DNA from: Octopus bimaculoides
Lineage: Eukaryota
Length of the DNA stretch: 38,990 bases
Assembly (NCBI RefSeq): GCF_001194135.2
Contig: NC_068989.1
Span: forward strand, 79,289,589-79,328,578
Direction of reading: 5' to 3'
In this document: positions 30,731 to 38,990 of the stretch, piece by piece
Layout: each line of letters begins with the position of its first letter
Position numbering within the stretch: the stretch's first letter is position 1
The notes under the pieces: generated by a model
What the model was told of the DNA's origin: nothing
Database searches by the model: none
What the model saw: only the letters and a program-made list of their open reading frames with translations
Program-made: the position numbers and the translations under genes

Positions 30731-32154
30731 TATATGTTGTTGAAGTCATAAGGATCTTTTAGAATTTCGAGAGAACGTGAAATAGATATTTTTGGAATAG
30801 CAATGTTTTTATGTGGGTTTAGTGTGGACTTCGAAATCCACTATTGTAAAAATTTTTTAAAATTATATATATNNNNNNNNNNNNNNNNNNNNNNNNNNNN
30901 NNNNNNNNNNNNNNNNNNNNNNNNNNNNNNNNNNNNNNNNNNNNNNNNNNNNNNNNNNNNNNNNNNNNNNNNNNNNNNNNNNNNNNNNNNNNNNNNNNNN
31001 NNNNNNNNNNNNNNNNNNNNNNNNNNNNNNNNNNNNNNNNNNNNNNNNNNNNNNNNNNNNNNNNNNNNNNNNNNNNNNNNNNNNNNNNNNNNNNNNNNNN
31101 NNNNNNNNNNNNNNNNNNNNNNNNNNNNNNNNNNNNNNNNNNNNNNNNNNNNNNNNNNNNNNNNNNNNNNNNNNNNNNNNNNNNNNNNNNNNNNNNNNNN
31201 NNNNNNNNNNNNNNNNNNNNNNNNNNNNNNNNNNNNNNNNNNNNNNNNNNNNNNNNNNNNNNNNNNNNNNNNNNNNNNNNNNNNNNNNNNNNNNNNNNNN
31301 NNNNNNNNNNNNNNNNNNNNNNNNNNNNNNNNNNNNNNNNNNNNNNNNNNNNNNNNNNNNNNNNNNNNNNNNNNNNNNNNNNNNNNNNNNNNNNNNNNNN
31401 NNNNNNNNNNNNNNNNNNNNNNNNNNNNNNNNNNNNNNNNNNNNNNNNNNNNNNNNNNNNNNNNNNNNNNNNNNNNNNNNNNNNNNNNNNNNNNNNNNNN
31501 NNNNNNNNNNNNNNNNNNNNNNNNNNNNNNNNNNNNNNNNNNNNNNNNNNNNNNNNNNNNNNNNNNNNNNNNNNNNNNNNNNNNNNNNNNNNNNNNNNTA
31601 TATATATATATATATATATATATATGCGTATGCGTACATGTGTGTGTATGTGTGTATTGTATTTTGCTTACCAATTATAGACCGGAGTCAATCCAGTTAG
31701 CTACATCATTAAAAATAGCCTCTCACAGCCTCTTTATAGTAAGCATGCTGAACGCTGGACCAAATAAATAAACAGAGATTTTGAAAGTAGAATATAAAAT
31801 GGGTTGCCGTAGAATTGAAGGCATAAAAATTCTTATCTTTTGGGCAGTATTCTTAATTGAAGAGTGACATTCATATGGTAAACTTTAAAACTGCTTATAT
31901 TCCTTAATTGCTGAGAGACACTTCCAGTATTAGCTTCCTAACTTGGTTTTTACTTAAGCTACCTAAAATATTATTTCTATTTGTCATTTCGTGTTTTCGA
32001 GTTTTGCGCTACCAATGACTAACTATGGAAGCGAAATCGATGATGTAGTCGTAATGTTTAACATATCAAAACAATGTTGGAAACGCTTAGGAATTTATAC
32101 ACCGAAACGGGAATATTATTATTTATAAAATCGCACATTCCCCTACTTTCTGTT

Positions 32155-32388
<234 letters not shown>

Positions 32389-32441
32389 GGTGTCTTTGCG
32401 TCAATTTATGTGTGTGTACGTATGTTTTGTGAATGTGTGCT

Positions 32442-32490
<49 letters not shown>

Positions 32491-32911
32491 NNNNNNNNNN
32501 NNNNNNNNNNNNNNNNNNNNNNNNNNNNNNNNNNNNNNNNNNNNNNNNNNNNNNNNNNNNNNNNNNNNNNNNNNNNNNNNNNNNNNNNNNNNNNNNNNNN
32601 NNNNNNNNNNNNNNNNNNNNNNNNNNNNNNNNNNNNNNNNNNNNNNNNNNNNNNNNNNNNNNNNNNNNNNNNNNNNNNNNNNNNNNNNNNNNNNNNNNNN
32701 NNNNNNNNNNNNNNNNNNNNNNNNNNNNNNNNNNNNNNNNNNNNNNNNNNNNNNNNNNNNNNNNNNNNNNNNNNNNNNNNNNNNNNNNNNNNNNNNNNNN
32801 NNNNNNNNNNNNNNNNNNNNNNNNNNNNNNNNNNNNNNNNNNNNNNNNNNNNNNNNNNNNNNNNNNNNNNNNNNNNNNNNNNNNNNNNNNNNNNNNNNNN
32901 NNNNNNNNNNN

Positions 32912-32945
<34 letters not shown>

Positions 32946-32947
<2 letters not shown>

Positions 32948-33137
32948 TGACCGTTGACTGAACACTATTCAATTTTTTTTCTCCGTGTTTTTCTCCTTGT
33001 CTCCGTATTCTTTCTGTTGAAGAGCGTAGCTCGAAACGTCAAAGACTTTCCGTATTCCCGAGCGTCATACTAATACATCCTTTTGTTATTTACACCATCT
33101 GTCCTCGTCTGTTGTTGTTTTTTCGTACATTCTCCCA
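32946..33137 (+). mobile_element. Penelope-like element terminal segment, copy 1
   Basis: Homologous to 35820-35987; carries the CTG..GAAG...CGAAACGT motif typical of Penelope-like ends; flanked by (TA)n. Confidence 0.6.
33009..33045 (+). ncRNA. Minimal type I hammerhead-ribozyme-like motif with A6U core
   Basis: TCTTT-CTGTTGA-A-GAGC(GTA)GCTC-GAAA-CGTC-AAAGA: 5-bp stem I, 4-bp stem II, palindromic ACGT stem III, GUC cleavage triplet (cut after 33040). Confidence 0.55.
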
Positions 33138-33446
33138 TATATATATATATATATACACACACACAAACGCATGAATATCTATAATCTATTAACATACACG
33201 TATACATATACATCTATAATACATACATACATACACACACACACATATGTATATGTATACACACACATACACCCACACACTCCTTTACATATGCTTTTTT
33301 GACACAACCATATACAGATAACTCGGTCATAAGCTTACTCCATTTTACTCTATCTTGTCTGCTCGAGACACACCCAAATACTAGCAAGACCAGGTCAAGG
33401 CGCAGGCAATATGGTGTGCAGCGATAAAATAGAGCGAAATATGATG

Positions 33447-33448
<2 letters not shown>

Positions 33449-33519
<71 letters not shown>

Positions 33520-33770
33520 TGTGTGTGTGTACGTGTGTGTATGTACGTGTGTGTGTGTACGTGTGTGCGTGTGTATGTGTATCAATATATATACATGCAT
33601 ATGTGTGTTTGTGGTGTGTACGTGTGTGTGTGTGTTTTGTGTACATGTGTGTGTATCTTTTGTGTGCGTGTCTGTGTGTATCTGTGTATACGTATGCATA
33701 TATATATGTGTGTATGTGTATCAATGTATATACATACATATATGTGTGTGTGTGTGTTTGTATGTGTGTA
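33449..33770. repeat. (TG)n and degenerate TG/TA microsatellite
   Basis: Direct reading. Confidence 0.95.
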
Positions 33771-33987
33771 TAATTAGACACACACACACACACACTAAAC
33801 CACACCAACACATTTATGTTAAAGAATGTATATTCCTAAATCAACAACACTCACATATACGTATGTATATGTTTGTATGTATTGAAATGTTTGTGAGTGT
33901 GCGTGTGTACACCCAACTCCAAGAAAATGATGAGCCGTTTCAATAAAGATATAAAATATAGAACTGGAAACGAAGCTAGAGATACCG

Positions 33988-34205
33988 GTTTCAAATTTTG
34001 GCCCAAGGCCAGCAATTTCGGCGAGGGGAGAAGACGATTACATCGGCACCAGTGATCAAGTGTTACTTATTTCATCGACCCAGAAAGGATGATAGACAAA
34101 GTCGACCTCGGCGGAATTTGAACTCAGAAGGTAGCGATGGGCGACATACCGCTAAGCGTAAAAATGGATGAAACGCTGACAAGTATTTTGCCAGCTAGCC
34201 GGCCT
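33988..34205 (-). mobile_element. Family A2 SINE
   Basis: TTTCAAATTTTGGCCCAAGGCCAGCAATTTC...GACAAAGTCGACCTCGGCGGAATTTGAACTCAGAA...TTTGCCAGCTAGCCG. Confidence 0.85.
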
Positions 34206-35077
34206 AAGAAGAGGATGTATGTATGTATATATATATATATAGTTCAAATAAACAATAACATAAAAACAAAAAAACAACAAAGTGAGGACGTGATATGGAT
34301 ATATATATATATGGATATATANNNNNNNNNNNNNNNNNNNNNNNNNNNNNNNNNNNNNNNNNNNNNNNNNNNNNNNNNNNNNNNNNNNNNNNNNNNNNNN
34401 NNNNNNNNNNNNNNNNNNNNNNNNNNNNNNNNNNNNNNNNNNNNNNNNNNNNNNNNNNNNNNNNNNNNNNNNNNNNNNNNNNNNNNNNNNNNNNNNNNNN
34501 NNNNNNNNNNNNNNNNNNNNNNNNNNNNNNNNNNNNNNNNNNNNNNNNNNNNNNNNNNNNNNNNNNNNNNNNNNNNNNNNNNNNNNNNNNNNNNNNNNNN
34601 NNNNNNNNNNNNNNNNNNNNNNNNNNNNNNNNNNNNNNNNNNNNNNNNNNNNNNNNNNNNNNNNNNNNNNNNNNNNNNNNNNNNNNNNNNNNNNNNNNNN
34701 NNNNNNNNNNNNNNNNNNNNNNNNNNNNNNNNNNNNNNNNNNNNNNNNNNNNNNNNNNNNNNNNNNNNNNNNNNNNNNNNNNNNNNNNNNNNNNNNNNNN
34801 NNNNNNNNNNNNNNNNNNNNNNNNNNNNNNNNNNNNNNNNNNNNNNNNNNNNNNNNNNNNNNNNNNNNNNNNNNNNNNNNNNNNNNNNNNNNNNNNNNNN
34901 NNNNNNNNNNNNNNNNNNNNNNNNNNNNNNNNNNNNNNNNNNNNNNNNNNNNNNNNNNNNNNNNNNNNNNNNNNNNNNNNNNNNNNNNNNNNNNNNNNNN
35001 NNNNNNNNNNNNNNNNNNNNNNNNNNNNNNNNNNNNNNNNNNNNNNNNNNNNNNNNNNNATAATAATAATAATAATA

Positions 35078-35286
35078 TCAGACAAATACATAACAAAAAC
35101 ACCAGGACTTACAAATATATATAACATACAGAAAATTGCACTACTGGGTACTGCACACATTCTACGCAAAACACTTTCAATACAGTAAACATAAGAGCAC
35201 CACAGCAAACCACAGCACATACCCAAGGCGCACATAGCTGCGCTCGGTAGTGAAGTGAAAGCACGTTATAAAAATAAAACTACTGA
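35078..35286 (+). mobile_element. 5'-truncated R4/Dong-clade non-LTR retrotransposon: C-terminal RLE tail plus 3'UTR
   Basis: SDKYITKTPGLTNIYNIQKIALLGTAHILRKTLSIQ* (35078-35188) matches the QKxxLLGTAxILRKxL C-terminus of RLE-bearing R4/Dong elements; (TAA)n on both sides. Confidence 0.85.
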
Positions 35287-35743
35287 ATAATAATAATAAG
35301 ATATAAATAATAATAATAATAAGATATTAGCATTAGTTGATTACACTTATATGTTACATGGAATACCGCAAAAAAAAAAAAAAATTAATAGACAAAAGAA
35401 ACCCAGAAGACATTAAAAAAACAACCTACAGCAACTATGGCAGCCATATTTGTAATAATGTAGAAATGATAACTCAACACAGATGCCGAACACATGAAAC
35501 AAAAATATGAAAGTAACCAGGAGGTAACTGTTAAACAAATACACATCTGTCGATAATGATTTTATCAGTTACAACATAATTCCCATGATCACTTGTTGCC
35601 AACTCTATTCAATGCATACAACGCTGCAAAGATGCGCCGTTATCGTAGCTTTGTTCGAAAAATGTGAATGAGAAGAGCGCTTTTGAAACGTTCATTTAAG
35701 AAGCTAGGACGGCTAAGGCGTAACACGTATGTATGTATGTATG

Positions 35744-35774
<31 letters not shown>

Positions 35775-35819
35775 TGTATGTATGTATGTATGTATGTGTG
35801 TGAGTATGTGTATATACAC

Positions 35820-35987
35820 ATGTGTTTTTTTAAAATTCTCTCTGTTTGTTTCTTTGTGTTCTTTTCTGTGGAAGCGCGTAGGGTCGAAACGTAAAAGACT
35901 TTCTCACCTTCCCGAGCGTCAAACTAATACACCTGCTTGTTGTCTAAACACCTGTCTTCGTTTTTTTGTTTTTCTGTAAATTTCAAC
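35820..35987 (+). mobile_element. Penelope-like element terminal segment, copy 2, with degenerate hammerhead motif (35862-35898)
   Basis: CTGTGGA-A-GCGC(GTAG)GGTC-GAAA-CGTA-AAAGA, then ACTTTC..TTCCCGAGCGTCA.ACTAATAC shared with copy 1. Confidence 0.6.
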
Positions 35988-36669
35988 TATATATATATAN
36001 NNNNNNNNNNNNNNNNNNNNNNNNNNNNNNNNNNNNNNNNNNNNNNNNNNNNNNNNNNNNNNNNNNNNNNNNNNNNNNNNNNNNNNNNNNNNNNNNNNNN
36101 NNNNNNNNNNNNNNNNNNNNNNNNNNNNNNNNNNNNNNNNNNNNNNNNNNNNNNNNNNNNNNNNNNNNNNNNNNNNNNNNNNNNNNNNNNNNNNNNNNNN
36201 NNNNNNNNNNNNNNNNNNNNNNNNNNNNNNNNNNNNNNNNNNNNNNNNNNNNNNNNNNNNNNNNNNNNNNNNNNNNNNNNNNNNNNNNNNNNNNNNNNNN
36301 NNNNNNNNNNNNNNNNNNNNNNNNNNNNNNNNNNNNNNNNNNNNNNNNNNNNNNNNNNNNNNNNNNNNNNNNNNNNNNNNNNNNNNNNNNNNNNNNNNNN
36401 NNNNNNNTATATATATATACACACACATACATACACACACATACATACACACACACATACATACATATATATATGCGTAAGTATACATATATGTACATAC
36501 ATACATATATATACATGCATGACCCGTTTCTTGAACAGCGCCGTGAATGCCGTACCATTTGTACTCTGTGAAGAATATAACACTTTTGTTGCCCTAAAGA
36601 TGTTAGCATCAAAGTCTTTTATTTCTGTTGGCTGGGTTTGGAGGAAGGTCTTTGCATCCCTCTTAAACC

Positions 36670-36885
36670 GGTGTGATCGATGCCATTAATGTCCTTCTTG
36701 AACTCTTGCAAATATATCCCTGTGGGGAAAAGACATGAGCAGGAAGGGAATTCCAATGGTGGGTAGAGGCGAGGTTATCGGAAAGGAAGGAAGGAAGGAA
36801 GGACTGGGCACATTGGTTAGCTTGTGACCTAAGCAGGATAAAACAAAGATGATGAAAGGGAGAGAGACGAGTGAGTAAGGAATGT
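36670..36885 (-). mobile_element. Decayed CR1/L2-group LINE ORF2 C-terminus
   Basis: Minus strand, with frameshift: TRLSPFHH...RSQANQCAQSFLP...HWNSLPAHVFSP / YLQEFKKDINGID, matching the SFxPR...WNxLP...FK motif; (GGAA)n expanded inside. Confidence 0.65.
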
Positions 36886-36950
36886 CTGTGCGGAGATGGC
36901 ATGCATCAAGCTGGCTTGGAGGAACAGAAACCATTATTATAGTGGAAGAA

Positions 36951-36983
<33 letters not shown>

Positions 36984-37159
36984 CAGGGGAGAGAGAGAGC
37001 AGGGGAGAGAGAAAAAGATTCACTTGGAAACCGGAAGCCGGAGTGTATCTTAGAGTGAATTTATGCCAATAAGTCGAGTGGCTCTTTTCTGGATGTGGTC
37101 TAGGACGTCTATGTTTACAGCAGCGACACCAACACCATACCATAACCGAACATAAAGAT

Positions 37160-37395
37160 CGAACCCATGTTACATATACACATACTGGCACAACTATTTG
37201 ATCTCGGCATCCTCCTTCATTGCCCACTGTCCTGAAACAAATCAAAAGATAATAAGACACCGCAGCCTCGAAATGGGATCTGAACAGGTTGTACGAGGAA
37301 ATATCAGAAAAAATCAGTAACACCTGCGTCAACATTCGAGCCTGAATGCAATACAGGCTCGTCCGACAACTGTACGATCAGAGCATGAAACTTAT
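37160..37395 (+). mobile_element. Possible decayed RTE-clade LINE ORF2 fragment
   Basis: IEPML... and KWDLNRLYEEISEKISNTCVNIRA*MQY loosely follow the RTE ExxLLYG...W...ELY...IS..IR.RR pattern; many disruptions. Confidence 0.3.
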
Positions 37396-37512
37396 GGTAG
37401 CTCACGTGTTTATTTTTAATGAAACCCATCGCTCGATGGACGGAGTACATATTTTGTTGATCCTACTAATAACGAAACTACATATAGACATAGAGAGTAC
37501 ATTATATATGTA

Positions 37513-37829
37513 TGAGTGGCTGTGTGGTTCATTCCCACTGCGTGGCACTTTGGGCAAGTGTCTTCTACTATAGCCTCGGGCCGACCAAAGCCCTGTGAGT
37601 GGATTTGGCAGACGGAAACTGAAAGAAGCCCGTCGTATATATGTGTATCTATGTATATATAGATATGTGTATATGTTTGTGTGTCTGTGTTTGTCCCCCC
37701 AACATCGCTTGACAACCGATGGTGGTGTGTTTGCGTCCCCGTAACTTAGCGGTTCGGCAAAAGAGACCGATAGAATAAGTACTAGGCTTACATAGAATAA
37801 GTCCTGGGGTCAATTTGCTCGACTAAAGG
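37513..37829 (+). mobile_element. Family B SINE with about 34-nt head deletion, 3' truncated
   Basis: GAGTGGCTGTGTGGT|TCATTCCCACTGCGTGGCAC...; rest colinear with the 27252 copy. Confidence 0.9.
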
Positions 37830-37879
<50 letters not shown>

Positions 37880-37895
37880 NNNNNNNNNNNNNNNN

Positions 37896-37946
<51 letters not shown>

Positions 37947-37965
37947 ATGTATGTATGTAAGTATG

Positions 37966-38026
<61 letters not shown>

Positions 38027-38339
38027 AGCTAAAGTAAACAACTTTAATCACTGAGTCGTAGAAATCTGAAAACAGAAAGTTTATAAAATCTTTTAACGAA
38101 ACCTTCACTCTTATCGTCTTTATAGTAAATAATTATTATAGTGGTTTATTCAGTTTATTTTTAAAACTCTCTCTTCGTTATATAAGCGAATACATAAACT
38201 GTGTAGTTAAGCTGTATATAAGCTGTGTAGTTTAAGAACTGCGGCTCACTGTAATGTCATTCCGGCTCCTATATTCCAATATGCAACATCTTTGCCGCAT
38301 ATCGTCGCCGTATATGATGAATACGAATAGACAAGACGA

Positions 38340-38545
38340 AATGAGGAGCCTCTTAACCGTCGCTCGACCTGCTAGAAATTATAGGTCGAACTCCCTCAAA
38401 CCTCAACGTACTGTGTTATAACGAGGACACATTGGATAATGCAGTTTGATGGTACTCTGTTCATGAAGGAAAACAATATTGTCAAGAACTCAAATGGTCT
38501 TTAATCATAGTTATGTCTGCTCTATCGTGGCTGATATATGGTTAA
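38340..38545 (+). mobile_element. Family D repeat
   Basis: GGAGCCTCTTAACCGTCGCTCGACCTGCTAGAAAT...CTCCCTCAAA...GGACACATTGGATAATG. Confidence 0.55.
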
Positions 38546-38740
38546 AAAACCACTATGAACAAATCAAGTGAATGAATTTATATAACCGTACATTTTTCCG
38601 AGTGAAATACTTTCTGTTGAGATATCTATTTCATTGGATCTCACCAAGGGTTTAACGACATATACTGTATTTTAACGTGTATAAGGAACCCGGTTTTGTG
38701 GCGGCGGCAGTGGCGGAGATGATGAAGATTATGATAGTGG

Positions 38741-38848
38741 GATAAGAAGCTTGCGTGTCACCTTGGGCAAATGTTTTCTTCTATAGCCTTGCGCTCACCA
38801 AAGCCTTATGAGTAAATTTTGCAGGCGGAAACTAAAAGAAGCCTGTCG

Positions 38849-38850
<2 letters not shown>
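38741..38850 (+). mobile_element. Family B SINE fragment
   Basis: CACCTTGGGCAAATGTTTTCTTCTATAGCC...GGAAACTAAAAGAAGCCTGTCGTATATA. Confidence 0.7.
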
Positions 38851-38900
<50 letters not shown>

Positions 38901-38990
38901 AAAGTTCTTATTTAAAAATTATTAATTATTAATTTATTAATAAATTAATAATCCTTTACCCTTTTATATATATATATATATATATATATA

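Noticed and set aside
31681-31738. Candidate PDZ exon 2 (TGVNPVSYIIKNSLSQPLY)
   Set aside because: Lacks the AxxxGLxxGDxI motif required for the PDZ continuation.
35494-35523. Possible alternative first exon MKQKYESNQE|gtaact in phase 0
   Set aside because: A ten-codon ATG-to-GT match is common by chance; no promoter evidence.

Overview
Eukaryotic, AT-rich, microsatellite-saturated draft-assembly DNA with 17 N-gaps (roughly 7.5 kb). The SINE families and repeat landscape look like an octopod cephalopod (Octopus-like); this is inference from remembered repeat consensus, not a search. The only protein-coding sequence I can support is a 108-nt first coding exon (26010-26117, +) encoding the N-terminus of a PDLIM/Zasp-type PDZ domain (MGEVARVQLRRMDTTQPWGFKMQGGTDVGVPLHVAQ|gt), preceded by a promoter/5'UTR-like stretch and followed by an intron of at least 12.8 kb; exon 2 is not visible. 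The rest is mobile DNA: about 25 tRNA-derived SINE copies in four families (my labels A, B, C, D), a recurrent A1-A2 dimer, DNA-transposon MITEs (Tc2/pogo-like, piggyBac-like, hAT-like, a 215-bp fold-back), a Dong/R4-clade 3' end inside (TAA)n, CR1/L2-group and RTE-like remnants, a possible solo LTR and two Penelope-like ends. Best leads: (1) minimal hammerhead-ribozyme folds with a shared non-canonical core (CUGU-N-GA) in sense orientation in the PDZ-gene intron; (2) an interstitial (TTAGGG)n tract joined directly to a transposon-like end, within a possible ~937-bp duplication; (3) a 9-nt microexon candidate and other orphan plus-strand exons; (4) the 104-bp-arm hairpin; (5) a decayed coding-like tandem repeat at 12.8-13.1 kb. 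No CRISPR, rRNA or true tRNA genes. Nearly all ORF-track entries are gap or microsatellite artefacts.
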